NCBI GenBank assembly: GCA_030390025.1
Contig: JASTWF010000171.1
Span: 806,001-870,000, forward strand
Reading direction: 5' to 3'
DNA length: 64,000 nt
Origin: Squalus acanthias
Lineage: Eukaryota
A program made the translations under genes and the position numbers. Under the pieces are notes generated by a model that saw only the letters and a program-made list of their open reading frames with translations, made no database searches and was not told the origin of the DNA. Below, in pieces: positions 22,568 to 36,193 of the stretch; position 1 is the stretch's first letter, and each line of letters starts with the position of its first letter.

Positions 22568-24565
22568 CCAGTAATAAACCGTACACCCAGTAATAAACCG
22601 TACACCCAGTAATATACCGTACACCCAGTAATATACCGTACACCCAGAAATTAACCGTACACCCAGTAATATACCGTACACCCAGTAATAAACCGTACAC
22701 CCAGTAATAAACCGTACACCCAGAAGTAAACCGTACACCCAGAAATATACCGTACACCCAGTAATATACCGTACACCAAGTAATATACCGTACACCCAGT
22801 AATATACCGTACACCCAGTAATATACCGTACACCCAGTAATGTACCGTACACCCAGTAATATATCGTACACCCAGTAATATACCGTACACCCAGTAATAT
22901 ACCGTACACCCAGTAATATACCGTACACCCAGTAATGTACCGTACACCCAGTAATGTACCGTACACCCAGTAATATACCGTACACCCAGTAATGTACCGT
23001 ACACCCAGTAATATACCGTACACCCAGCAATATACCGTACACCCAGAAATAAACCGTACACCAGAAATATACCGTACACCCAGAATACCGTACACCCAGA
23101 AATATACCGTACACCCAGTAATAAACCGTACACCCAGAAATAAACCGTACACCCAGTAATATACCGTACACCCAGTAATAAACCGTACACCCAGTAATAA
23201 ACCGTACACCCAGAAATAAACCGTACACCCAGTAATAAACCGTACACCCAGTAATAAACCGTACACCAGAAATATACCGTACACCCAGTAATAAACCGTA
23301 CACCAGAAATATACCGTACACCCAGTAATATACCGTACACCCAGTAATATACCGTACACCCAGAAATAAACCGTACACCCAGTAATATACCGTACACCCA
23401 GTAATAAACCGTACACCCAGTAATAAACCGTACACCCAGTAATAAACCGTACACTCAGAAATATACCGTACACCCAGTAATATACCGTACACCCAGTAAT
23501 ATACCGTACACCCAGTAATGTACCGTACACCCAGTAATATACCGTGCACCCAGTAATATACCGTACACCCAGAAATAAACCGTACACCCAGAAATAAACT
23601 GTACACCAGAAATATACCGTACACCCAGAAATATACCGTACACCCAGTAATAAACCGTACACCCAGTAATAAACCGTACATCCAGAAATAAACCGTACAC
23701 CAGTAATAAACCGTACACCCAGTAACAAACAATACATCAAGTAATAAACCGCACACCCAGAAATAAACCGTACACCCAGAAATAAACCGTACACCAGTAA
23801 TAAACCGCACACCCAGAAATAAACCGCACACCCAGAAATAAACCGCACACCCAGTAATATACCCTACACCCAGAAATAAACCGTACACCTAGTAATAAAC
23901 CGTACACCCAGTAATAAACCGTACACACAGAAATAAACCATACACTCAGTAATATACCGTACACCCAGTAATATACCGTACACCCACTAATATACCGTAC
24001 ACCCAGTAATATACCGTACACCCAGGAATATACCGTACCCCCAGTTATATACCGTACCCCCGTTATATACCGTACACCCAGTAATAAACTGTACACCCAG
24101 AAATAAACCATACACCCAGTAATAAACCGTACACCCAGAAATAAACCGTACACCCAGTAATAAACCGTACACCCAGTAATAAACCGTACCCCCAGAAATA
24201 AACCGTACACCCAGTAATAAACCGTACACCCAGAAATAAACCGTACACCCAGAAATATACCGCACACCCAGTAATAAACCGTACCCCCAGAAATAAACCA
24301 TACACCCAGTAATAAACCGTACACCCAGAAATAAACCGTACACCCAGTAATAAACCGTACACGCAGGAATATACCGTACATCCAGTAACATACCGTACAC
24401 CCAGTATTATACCGTACACCCAGTAATATACCGTACACCCAGAAATATACTGTACATCCAGTAATATACCGTACACCCAGTAATATACCGTACATCCAGT
24501 AATATACCGTACACCCAGTAATATACCGTACACCCAGTAATATACCATACACCCAGTAATAAACA
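22568..24565. repeat. 19-bp minisatellite (cccagtaatataccgtaca)
   Basis: About 105 tandem copies. Confidence 0.96.
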
Positions 24566-25605
24566 GGGCTTTTACAAAAGCAAAGAACAGTAGAGATCCC
24601 GTGGACTGAGTGAGATATAAAGAACAGCAAAGGGATGCACAGAAAGTAGTAAGAGCTGCAAAAAAGTAATATGAGGAACATGAAGGACACTCCCTCATCG
24701 ACCACGTTAGTTACCTCCTCAATACATTTAACTAGTTTCGTTAGACATGACTTAACCTTTACAAATCAAAGCTGGCTCTCTCTGATCAGCTCATATTAGC
24801 CCAAATGCTCCATCACTCTGTCCCTAATAATCGATTCTAGTAACTTCCCCACAACTGACGTTAAACTAACAGGCCCATCATTTCCTGGTTTCTCTCTCCC
24901 ACTGTTCTGAAATAATGGAGTGATATTGGCAATTTCCCAATCCAAGGGAATAATTCCTGAATCGAGCGAGTTCTAGTTAGTTCCTATCCTTGATTTATTT
25001 TTAGTTGTCCTTGTATCTCTGGCACGTTATCTTCATTCTCTACTGTGAAGACCAATACAAAGTAGCCAGCTGGTAAGTCTGCCAGTCACTTATTTCCAAT
25101 GACAATATCACCGGTATCTCTCTTTAAGGGACCCACATTACTCTTACCCACCCTCTTTCTCGTAATATCCTTGTAAAAACCTTTAGTGTTATCCTTGATG
25201 TTCCTCACAAGCTTTTTCTCATATTCCTTTATTGCGGCTCTTACTACTTTCTGTGCATCCCTTTGCTGTTCTTTATCTCTCCCCCAGTCCACGGGATCTC
25301 TACTTTTCTGTGCTTTTGTATAAGCCCAGTCTTTTCATTTTATACTATCTCTCACTTCCCTTGTTGACCAAGGTTGTTTAATTACACACATGGAGCTCTT
25401 GTCCTTTCGGGCTCCCGACAGGTCCTGTAATCTACCAAGTGCTGTTTTGAACACCGCCCACTGTTCATCTGTAGTTTTACCCGTTAACAGTTCTGCCCAG
25501 TCTATTGTGGTCAATTCTTGACTCATCCCTCCAAAGTCGGCCTTACCTCAATTTAAAACCTTGGTTTGTGACTCACCCTTCTCCCGCTCGAACCTAATAT
25601 CGATA
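24566..25605 (-). mobile_element. Degraded CR1 ORF2 fragment with a short inverted duplicate at 24566-24680
   Basis: IDWAELL, NIKDNTKGFYK, NVGPLK motifs. Confidence 0.75.
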
Positions 25606-26057
25606 TAATGGCCCCGATCTTGACGGGGCGGGTTGCGTAGGTGGGAGCGGAGTTTCGGTCGGGAAACCCGGAACTTCATGCTGTGCAGTTTTGACTTCAT
25701 ACCGTGCGACTCTTTTCTTTGCCAGTGTCCCCGCGAGTGGGAGCACTTCGGAGCAGGCATAAGGAGTAGGTAGATCCAGTCCCTGACCCCGGGGGGGGTC
25801 GATCCCGGGGGTCTTTGTATCGGGCGGGGTCTGATGTGGGGAGGGTGCGAACCAAAGCAAGAGGGTAAGCCTGGGGGGGCCGGGGGGGAAACACTCCTGC
25901 TCCTTCAGGCCCACAAGCAGCGCTGGAAAGGCACTTACCTCCTCCCCGAAGCTGACCTCTTCCCCCCTTCAACTGCCGGGTTTCCCCAGGCCTGGGAAAC
26001 ATGGGCGGCCGTTGTTAAACCTATAAAGCAGGTTAAAATATTGAAATGACCAACCTG

Positions 26058-27000
26058 CCTCCTGGAGGGAGTTCCAGGATTTTGACCCAGCAATGATGAA
26101 GGATCGGCGATATGTTTCCGAGTCAGGATGGTGTGTGACTTGGCTGGGAACTTGGAGGTGGTGGTGTTCCCATTCGCCTGCTGTCCTTGTCCTTCTAGGT
26201 GGAAGAGGTCGCAGGTTTGGGAGGTGCTGCCGAAGAAGCCTTGGCGAGTTGCTGCAGTGCATCTTGTAGATGGTACACACTGCAGCCATGGTGTGCCGGT
26301 GGTGGAGGGAGTGAATGTTTAAGGTGGTGGATGGGGTGCCAATCCAGTGGGCTGCTTTGTCTTGGATGGTGTCGACCTTCTTGAGTGTTGTTGGAGTTGC
26401 ACTCCTCCAGGCAAGTGGAGAGTATTCCATCACACTCCTTACTTGTGCCTTGTAGATGGTGGAAAGGCTTTGGGGAGTCAGGAGGTGAGACACTCGCCGC
26501 AGAATGCCCAGCCTCTGACCTGCTTTTGTTGCCACAGTATTTATGTGGCTGGTCCAGTTAAGTTTCTGGTCAATGGTGACCCCCCAGGATATTTATGGTG
26601 GGGGATGGTAATACCGTTGAATGTCAAGGGGCAGTGGTTAGGCACTCGCTTGTTGGAGATAGTCATTGCCTGGCACCTGTTTGGCGCGAATGTTACCTGC
26701 CACTTATCAGCCCAAGCCTGAATGGCGTCCAGGTCTTGCTGCATGCGGGCATGGACTGCTTCATTATCTGAGGAGTTGCGAATGGCACTGAACACTCTGC
26801 AGTTATCAGCGAACATTCCGACTTCTGCCTTATGATGGAGGGAAGGTCTTTGATGAAGCAGCTGAAGATGGTTGGGCTGAGGACATTGCCCTGAGGAACA
26901 CCTACAGCGATGTCCTGGGGCTGTGATGATTGACCTCCATCCACCACAACCATCTTCCTTTGTGCTAGGTATGATTCCAGCCAGTGGAGAGTTTTCCCCA
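26058..27000 (-). mobile_element. CR1/L2-clade LINE RT fragment (same family as 8222-8700)
   Basis: GVPQG.VLSPT, FADN, YKAQVRSVMEY, WNSL. Confidence 0.88.
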
Positions 27001-27014
27001 TGCTCCTTTATACA

Positions 27015-30000
27015 TAATGGCCCGTATTTTCCGACGCCTACGGGTGTGTACGCGCTGTGTACTCACCCGTAGAGACATCGGAAATGCCGGTTTCAGGCAT
27101 GCACAGCACATGCGCTGAAAACCGGCATTTCCAATCTGTCAAGAATGATCTGGAGAAGGGCCTCTGCGGGGGGAGAGTTCTGCTTTCTGCAGAACCTCCG
27201 CCCGCTGAAAACCCTTAGAAATCTTACACCTGGTAAAAGCTTTTACCAGCATAAGAGTGAAAAAAGTTAAAATGTTTTCACTCCTTTATAATTTAAAAAT
27301 ACTTTTAAAAAAGGTAACTTTATTTTTAGCCCCGTAAAATAAGAACATAAGAAATAGGAGCAGCAGTAGGCCATTCGGCCCTTCGAGCCTGCTCCGCCAT
27401 TCAATGAGATCATGGCTGATCTTCTGCCTCAACTCCATTCACCGGCATATCACCATATCCCTTGATGCCCTTACTATTCAGAAATCTATCGACTTCTGTT
27501 TTGAATATACCCAATGACTGAGCCTCCATATCCCTCGGGTAGAGAATTCCAAAGATTCACCACCCTCTGTGTGAAGAAATTTCTTCTCATCTCAGTCCTG
27601 AATGGCCTACCCTTTATCCTGAGGTTGTGGCCCCTGGTTCTAGACTCCCCAGCCAAGGGAAACATTCTCCCAGCATCCACCCTATCAAGCCCTGTAATAA
27701 TGTTGTATGCTTCAATGAGATCCCCTCTCATTCTTCTGAATTCAAGAGAATACAGGCCTAGTTTACTCAATCTCTTCTCATACGACAGTCCTGCCATCCC
27801 AGGAATCAATCTCGTGAACCTTCGTTGCACTCCCTCTATGACAAGTATAACGTTCCTTAGGTAAGGAGACCAAAATTGTACACAGTACTCCAGGCGTGGT
27901 CTCACCAAGGCCCTATATAATTGGAGTAAGACTTCTTTACTCCTGTACTCAAATCCTCTTGTAATGAAGGCCAGCATACCATTTGCCTTCCTAATGGCTT
28001 GCTGCACCTGCACATTCACTTTCAGTGACTCATGTACAAGGACACCCAGGACCCTTTGAGCATCTGCATTCCCCAATCTTTCACCATTTAGGAAATACTC
28101 TGCCTTTCTGTTTTTTCTACCAAAGTGGATAACTTCACATTTATCCACATTATAATCCATCTGCCATGTTCTCGCCCACTCACTGAGCCTATCGAGATCC
28201 CCTTGAAGCCTCTTCACATCCTCTTCGCAACTGACACTGCCACCTAGTTTTGTGTCATCAGCAAATTTGGAAATGTTACATTTAGTCCCCTCATCCAAAT
28301 CATTGATATAGATTGTGAATAGGTGGGGCCCAAGCACCGATCCTTGCGGTACCCCACTAGTCACAGCCTGCCATCCTGAAAAAGACCCGTTTATCCCTAC
28401 TCTTTGTTTTCTGTCTGTTAACCAATTCTCAATCCATGCTATTACCCCCACTTCCATGTGCCCTAATTTTGTTCACCAACCTCTTGTGTGGGATCTTATC
28501 GAAGGCCTTCTGAAAATCCAAATACACCACATCTACCGGTTCCCCTTTGTCTACTCCACTAGTTACATCCTCAAAGAACTCCAATAGATTTGTCAAACAG
28601 GACTTCCCTTTCATAAATCCATGTTGACTCTGCCCAATCTTACTATTAGTTTCTAAGTGCCCAGTTATTGCATCCTTTATAATAGATTCCAGCATTTTCC
28701 CAACTATTGATGTCAGGCTAACAGGTCTGTAGTTCCCCATTTTCTCTCTCCCTCCTTTCTTAAACAGCGGGGTTACATTTGCTATCCTCCAATCTGCAGG
28801 AACCGTTCCAGAATCTAGAGAATTTTGGAAGCTGACAATCAATGTGTCCACTATCCCAATGGCCACCTCATTCAAAACCCTAGGATGTAGGTCATCCGGT
28901 CCTTGAGATTTATCGACTTTTAGTCCCATTAATTTTGTTAGTACTGTTTTTTTACTAATAATAATTTCTTTAAGTTCCCCATTCTCGCCACACCCTTGGT
29001 TTTCTCGTATTTCTGGGAGGTTTTTTGTGTCTTCCTCCGTGAAGACAGAAACAAAGTACTTATTTAATTTCTCTGCCATTTCCTCATTCCCCATTATAAA
29101 TTATCCCGCCTCTGACTGTGAAGGATCTACATTTACCTTCGCCAGTCTTTTCCTTTTCACATACCTATAGAAGTTTTTACAATCCGTTTTTATATTTTTT
29201 GCTAGTTTGTGCTCATATTCCATTTTCCCTTTCTTTATCAATTTCTTGGTCCCCCTTTGCTGATTTCTAAAACGATCCCAATCCTCAGGCTGACCGTTTT
29301 TTCTGGCAACTTTATAAGCTTCCTCCTTTGACTTAATACTAGCTTTAATTTCTTTTGTTAGCCAGGGTTGGATCACTTTTCCTTTTGGGTTTTTATGCCC
29401 TAGAGGAATATATGTTTGTTGCAAATTATGCATTATTTCCTTGAATGTGAGCCATTGTATGTCCACCTTCATACCTTTTAGTGTAATCTCCCAATCTACC
29501 ATGGCCAACTTGTCCCTCATACTCTTGTAGTTTCCTCTGTTTAGATTGAAGACCTTAGTTTCAGACTGGACTACATCACTCTCAAACTTAATATAAAATT
29601 CAATCATATTATGGTCACTTGTCCCTAAAGGCCCCTTTACCACAAGATTATTGATTAGCCCTTTCTCATTACACAGTACCAGATCCAGAATAGCCTGTTC
29701 CCTGGTTGGTTCCTCCACATACTGATCCGGGAAACCATCTCGCATGCATTCCAAGAATTCGTCCTCCACACCATTAGTGGTAATTTGATTTGCCCAGTCA
29801 ATATGTAGATTAAAGTCCCCCATGATTACCATATTGCCCTTGTTACATGCACTTCTAATCTCTTGATTGATACTGTGCCCTACATTACCATTACTGTTTG
29901 GTGGCCTATACACAACTCCCACCAATGTTTTCTGCCCTTTGCTGTTTCTTAGCTTCACCCAAACTGATTCCAGTTCTACATCACGATCTGCCAAGCCAAG

Positions 30001-31420
30001 AGCTTTTATCTCTACCGTACCGATCTCATCCCTTATTAACAGCACTACGCCACCTTTTCCTTTTTGTCTGTCCTTCCTAAATGTTGAGTACCCTGGAATA
30101 TTCCGTTCCCAGCTTTGGTTACCCTGCAACCATGTCTCTGTAATGGCAATTACATCATATCCATTTACTTCTATTCGTGCCATTAATTCATCCACCTTGT
30201 TGTGAATGCTACGTGCATTTAGATAAAGTGCCTTCAACTTTGCCAGTTTAATATTTTTCTGCACTTTGACCCTCTTTACTGTTGGCCTTTGTTTCTGCTC
30301 CCTACTAGTTTTGCTGACTACTTTTCTAACTTGCTCTTCCAGCTTTGTTTCTCTCTGTTCTGGGCCCACACTTAGGTTCCCAGCCCCCTGACAAACTAGT
30401 TTAAATCCTTCCCACCCCTGCGAGGATATTGGTCCCGGTTCTGCCGAGGTGTTACCCGTCCAGCATGTACAGGTCCCACCTTCCCCAGAATCGATCCCAA
30501 TGCCTCAGGAATTTAAATCCCTCCCTCCTACACCATCTCTCTAGCCACACATTCATCTGGTCTATTCTCCTATTTCTGCTCTCGCTAGCACGTGGCACTG
30601 GGAGTAATCCTGAGATTACTACCTTTGAGGTCCTGCTTTTTAATTTATTTCCTAGCTCCCTATATTCTGCTTGCAGGACCTCATCCCTCTTTCTACCTAT
30701 GTCGTTGGTACCGATATGGACCACGACCTCTGGCTGTTCACCCTCCCCCTTCAGAATGTCCTGCAGCTGCTCAGTGACATCCTTGACCCTGGCACCAGGG
30801 AGGCAACATACCATCCTGGGTCACGTCTGTGGCCACAGAAACGTCTATCTGTTCCCCTTACGATAGAATCCCCATCACTATTGCTCTCTCACTCTTTTTC
30901 CTCCCCTCCTGTGCAGCTGAGCCACTGATAGTGCCAAGGACTTGGCTCTTGCTGCATTCCCCTGAGAAACCATCTCCCCCAGCAGTATCCAAAACGGAAA
31001 ATCTGTTGGAGAGGGAGATGGACCCAGGGGACTCCTGCACTACCTTCCTAGTTCTTTTACTCTTTAATATTTAATTTAATGTAATTTTAACTCATTTTAA
31101 AAACGTGATGGGTTTTTAAAAATGTATTTAATGTTTTAGTGTCTTTTTGGGGTGATAGCCATTCATACTTTTGCCGGGTCTATCTGTCAAAAGTATGAAG
31201 GGAGATTCTCTTCTCCTATTGGCTGGCCTGTCCCACGTGATCCCAGGGACGCTTGTGAACTGCCTGCGCCCCTGGGATACGTGGGCCCTGTGCATTTCAA
31301 CTGTGGAGAGGCCCAGCATCGGAAGTGTCCGGATCTCGGGAGCCCTCAGGTAAGGGCGTAGATTTTTTTCCGATAGTAGGCATCCGCACGCAGGAAGCCT
31401 ATCAGAAATTACGTGCCCAT
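27015..31420. mobile_element. Possible non-autonomous DNA transposon split by the CR1 (arms 27015-27340 and 31066-31420)
   Basis: Imperfect terminal inverted repeats atggcccgtattttc / gaaattacgtgcccat; non-coding arms. Confidence 0.35.
27340..31065 (-). mobile_element. Near-full-length CR1 LINE: ORF1 esterase (SGNH) part ~30400-31050 and ORF2 APE-RT ~30230-27486 with frameshifts; (aagaacat)n tail
   Basis: CLPGARVKDV...VHIGTND (ORF1); LYLNARSI, ITETWL, GDFN, SDHN, GVPQGSVLGP, FADDTK (ORF2). Confidence 0.95.
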
Positions 31421-31819
31421 ATTTTGACATTAAAGGATAATGCCGTGGATAAGGCTGTATGATTTATCTATTTCCCAAATACTTTGAAATCAGACTACCT
31501 ATATTGACAGTTTGCAATTGTCAACCTCAGAACCACTTCCCCGACACGAGACTTCCTGACTTAACATCTGTTCGCATCTTTGAAGTAAAAGCTGTACCAA
31601 CTGCTCTCTGTATCTAATGGATTGCTACCCCTGTTTTATTACCCTAAAACTAAAGTTTACATTTTATAACCTGCACTTATACCCTTACACAAGCACTTTA
31701 CATCTCAAAAAACAAGCAATGCATTCTTTGACTTCACAGTCATCCTGCTTATATCTTGGAAAGTCTGGAAGCCTGTTAATCCAAGATACAAAGAAGATTG
31801 ACTGTTAACCCATAACTCC

Positions 31820-32800
31820 CCAAGGTGTCCAACATACATCTCTCCAGGATGTCCAACACTATGTCACCTCTGACATTCACTTTTCTGATCCCGAACAATC
31901 AGTTCACAGCAAAGGCCTCAGCTTCCTCCCCTTATGCTCCCACCTCAATGAATTTCGAGCTCAGCACGATGCTGAGCTCTTTTTCCATCGCCTTCGCCCC
32001 TACTTCTTTGGCCAGGAGACTTCCTCCACACAGCAGAAACTATCTCTCAGCTTCAGAATTTTCGTTCCACCTGGACCCCTCCCTCTGCCCTCTTACCCTC
32101 TCTAGATCTTTCACTGGGAACTGCTGGCGTGACGTCGGCTGTCTCAATTTTAATACACTGCTCACAAATCTACTCGAACCTACCTCCCTCTGAACTTGCA
32201 ACACTCCGTTCCCTCAGGTCCAACCCTTACAGTCATTAAACCTGCTGACAAGGGTGGCGCTGATGTTGTTTGACGAACTGGCCTCTACCTTGTGGAGGCT
32301 GAGCGTCATTGTTTCCCAGTCTGTCACTAACCTCATCTCCTCTGGAAATCTTCCCTCCATGGCCTCCAACCTCACAGTCCCCAACCCCGCACAGCTTGCT
32401 TCTACCTCCTTCCCAAGATCCACAAACAGGACTGCCCTGGTAGACCCATCGTTTCAGCCTGTTCTTGCCCCACGGAACAGATTTTTTCCTATCAGGACTC
32501 TATTTCTTCTCCCCTTGTCCACTTTCTTCCCACCTACATCCGCGACTCTTCTGACACCCTCCACCACTTTAACAGTTTCCAGTTTCCTGGCCCTAACTCT
32601 CTTCTTTTCACCATGGATGTCCAGTCCCTCTACACCTTCATCCCCCACCAGGACGGTTTGAGGGTCCTCCACTTATTCCTTGAACGGTGGCCGAATCAGT
32701 CCACATCCAACAGCATCCTCCTCCACCTGGCTGAACTTGTTCTAACATTGAACAGCTTCTCCTTTGACTACACTCACTCCCTCCAAATAAAAGATCTTTC
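31820..32800 (+). mobile_element. Degraded Penelope-like RT fragment
   Basis: KPADKG, PGRPIVS, MDVQSLYTFIPHQDGL, LAELVLTLNSFSF. Confidence 0.8.
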
Positions 32801-32819
32801 AAAATTCCACTCACTTCCT

Positions 32820-33743
32820 CCAAATAAATTATCTTTCAAAATTCCCTATATTCTAGATTGGTCCCAGCGGATTTGAAGGTAGCAAATGTTACCTCGCTAT
32901 TCAAGAAAGAAGGGAGAGAGGAAACAGGGAACTGCAGGCCAGTTAGCCTGACATCAGTCATCGGGAAAATGCTGGAATCCATTATTAAGGAAGTGGTAAC
33001 AGGGCACTTAGACACTCATAATATGATTAGACAGAGTCAACATGGTTTTACATAAGAACATAAGACGTAGGAGCAGGAGTAGGTCATTTGGCCCCTCGAG
33101 CCTGCTCCGCCATTCAATAAGATCATGGCTAATCTTGGCCTCAACTCCACTTCCCTGCCCGCTCCCATAACCCTTGACTCCCTTACCATTCAAAAATCTG
33201 TCTATCTCCACCTTAAATATATTCAATGACCCAGCCTCCACAGCTCTCTGGGGAAGAGAATTCAAAAGATTCACGACCCTCAGAGAAGAAATTCCTCCTC
33301 ATTTCCATTTCAAATGGGTGCCCACTTATTCTGAAATTATGCCCCCTAATTCTAGATTCCCCCACGAGGGGAAACATTCTCTCTGCATCTACCCTGTCAA
33401 GCCTCTTCAGAATCTTATAAGTTTCAATAAGATCCCCTCTCATTCTTCTAAACTCCAATGAGTATAGGCCCAACCTGTTCAACCTTTCTTCATAAGACAA
33501 CCCTTTCATCTCCGGAATCAACCTCGTGAACATTCTCTGAACTGCCTCCAATGCAAGTAATATCCTTCCTTAAATAAGGAGACCAAAACTGTATGCAGTA
33601 CTCCAGGTGTGATCTCACCAATGCCCTGTACAGTTGTAACAGGACTTCCCTACTTGTATACTCAATTCCCTTTGCAATAAATGCCAACACTCCATTTGCC
33701 TTCCTAATTACTTGCTGTACCTGCATGGTAACTTTTTGTGATT
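32820..33743. mobile_element. Two CR1 fragments tail-to-tail (plus 32820-33050; minus 3' end 33051-33743)
   Basis: ANVT.LFKK / SQHGF; RALVRSHLEYC, RRMRGDLIE, cataagaacataaga tail. Confidence 0.85.
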
Positions 33744-34185
33744 TGATGTAAGTGGGAGCGGGCCCTGTGATATACAGGGTCGATGCTTCGTTGGGTACAG
33801 ATGACAGACTTCGAGTGATGGTTCAAAACGATCATTTAATTTTCACAGGCCCGGGGAGGGCTTGGGGAGAACCTTCTGAGACCCTTCTCAGATTCGACTC
33901 CCTGAGACCCTAGCGACATTCATACTTATACACAAAAATCATACCTTGCCCTAGGGGCGGGTGAGAAGCTATCAACGTCCCGATTAATCACATTTCTTTT
34001 ATCAGTTGGTTCTGGGACCAGATGGTTTGTTTAGTAACATGTTTTCTTAAGGTAACAGTTCCTGTTCTCGTAACGAGCTCAAGTTACTTTGAATGCACAT
34101 TTTTCCTTAACAAGCTCACAATTTTTTCCTTAACAAGCTCACGTCTAACACTTAATGATATTAATTATAAATTTTAATTACTTCA
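33744..34185 (-). mobile_element. 3' LTR (442 bp) preceded by polypurine tract AAAGGGGGAC (34186-34195)
   Basis: Termini TGAAGTAA...TTACATCA (7/8 inverted match); TATAAG at 33925-33930, ATTAAA at 33835-33840. Confidence 0.8.
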
Positions 34186-34318
34186 GTCCCCCTTTATGGC
34201 CCATTGGTCATATTGACCCAATAAGGCCAGTATTCTATAGCTTAAGATTGTTTCATATAAGCTCCCGTCGCCCTGGTGGTACCAACCCAGGGTGTCTGGT
34301 ACTCATAACCTGACAATC

Positions 34319-36193
34319 CTAAACACAGGCTGCATAGACAGTCCCCTTACGTTCTCCCCCAAGTTCATTGATGGTTAGCAACAGTTTTTCTTTCTCTTCC
34401 TCCTTTCTTACTCCTCTGGCTATTTTCTTCGCTAAGGTTTTCATTTTTCGTCCGTGACACTTGCTACAACAATCTATCAGAAGGTAAACTGATAGTGATA
34501 ATTGAACTATCACTAGCACGTGTGACATGATCCTGATCCATGGATGTACATTCACATTGAGTCCCCAGTTCCAGACCTTATTGCACCAAGGGGTTTCCGA
34601 TAAGGTTTTACTAATGTCTTTACTTTGTTGCTTTAAGTCTTTTTCTATTCTATTATAATGCTTTAAAATTTCTTTCGTTTCCCGCTGTAATTTCTTCCAA
34701 GCTTCTTGTTCCTTTAACTTAGGAATTGCCTTGGGCTCCGGTATGACATATGTTTTAATCATTCTATTAAGTCCCGTATTATTAAGTGACCAGGTTTTCT
34801 CTTTGTGTGGTCTTGGTGGGTGTATATACTCGTGTCCTATCTGTGTAGGCATCTTTGGGTAAAAACAAAAGTTTGGCTGGGGAATGGGACAAGTCAGGTC
34901 TTGGTATTCATATTTCTGTTCAGCTGTGGTGACACACAATGTCCCGTTGTTCTCTGGTGCTACCCTTGTTCGGCGTATCCCCCTTGGGTGTACCTCAAGG
35001 GTGCAATTGGTGGTTTTCGTAAATCCGCACTCGGCTGTGTCTCCCTCGGTGGGGGGGGGGGGGGGTGTGCACACCCATGTCCTTCCCTTGTGGTGGCACC
35101 CGTCCATTACCACCCCCCTTAAGGTTCCATTCTTCTGATTATCTTCATCCCTTTCCCAAATTGCCTTGGTAGGGACATCATGATATTTAACCCAACTCTC
35201 CCTTTGTACCTCTCCTATATTACCCACATCATATAGGGCCTGTCCTCCTTCAGGGAGTTGTGGGATGGCCAGTACAAAGCCAATCACCTTAGTCCATGGG
35301 GTCAGACAATTGCCTGCCCTGTGTACTTGTCCCATTTTACGCCCTTTGCATAGGCTTTTATTTGTGTCAATCCAAGGTTCCAGATCCTCATTAGTAATCC
35401 AATCAGGGATCTGTCCATTATTTATTTGCTTCATGTTATGCTGAGCATTCGACAATAGCCATGAGCCATACATGGCACATGCCAATTCCTTATGGGTTTG
35501 GTGTGATGCATTGCTGATCTGATTATTAATTGTTTTTGCATGGGGAGCTACTATCTCTTCCACCCCCAACAATTGTTTTGCCGTTTGTCCTACTGCCAGT
35601 GCCATTTGTGGGCTATTTTCAGTGGCTTGTTTTAGTAACTTCTTTATTTTTGCTTGTAGTTCTTCTACTCCTTCACTTACTCCTTCTATGTCAAAACTAT
35701 TAACTGTTGCTAACCCGGCCGCATACCCTGCTCCGGCCATTTCCAATGCTCTCCATTTCTTACGTCTCTGTAAGATAGATTTCCTTGTGGACCCTCTAAT
35801 TGTTTCATCCACAGGGAGTCCCATAATCGTTTGGTATAATCCTTACACATCGCGGGCATAGTAAAAGTACTCATATTGATAGCAAGTTTAATAATTCTAT
35901 GTGCTGCTTTAAAATACACCTCATCCTGTGTTTTCCTTATTACTAATCCCCCTCGTGCTCCCTTCTAGTACCCCCACGCCACATTTGAGATATATGGTTT
36001 TTCCCACAGTGACCGTCAGCGCTCCGCGCTCTCGATCGCAGCCCACGTCCGTCAAGCTTTTATGATATAGCCCAGTATTCGCCCTTCTGGCGATTAGTGC
36101 CGATTTCCTGGCGGTCATCTTAACCACTACCCCCTTGACAACGGCAATACTTATGTTCATCCCTAGGATCATGGCGAGAACGTTCCACCTCAT
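34319..36193 (-). pseudogene. Envelope/fusion glycoprotein gene; frameshifted N-part, open ~475-codon post-cleavage subunit
   Basis: Signal peptide MRWNVLAMILG..., basic site RRKKWR, fusion-peptide-like ALEMAGAGYAAGLATVN, heptad regions, Cys-rich block, Trp-rich pre-TM, TM IMSHVLVIVQLSLSVYLL; acceptor-like ttttgtaattacag just upstream. Confidence 0.8.

Noticed and set aside
22514-24705. Long hydrophobic Tyr/Trp-rich ORFs
   Set aside because: Translations of the 19-bp minisatellite in all three minus frames.
34319-35824. Domesticated syncytin-like gene
   Set aside because: The signal peptide is separated from the main frame by two frame breaks; domestication cannot be supported without read or ortholog evidence.
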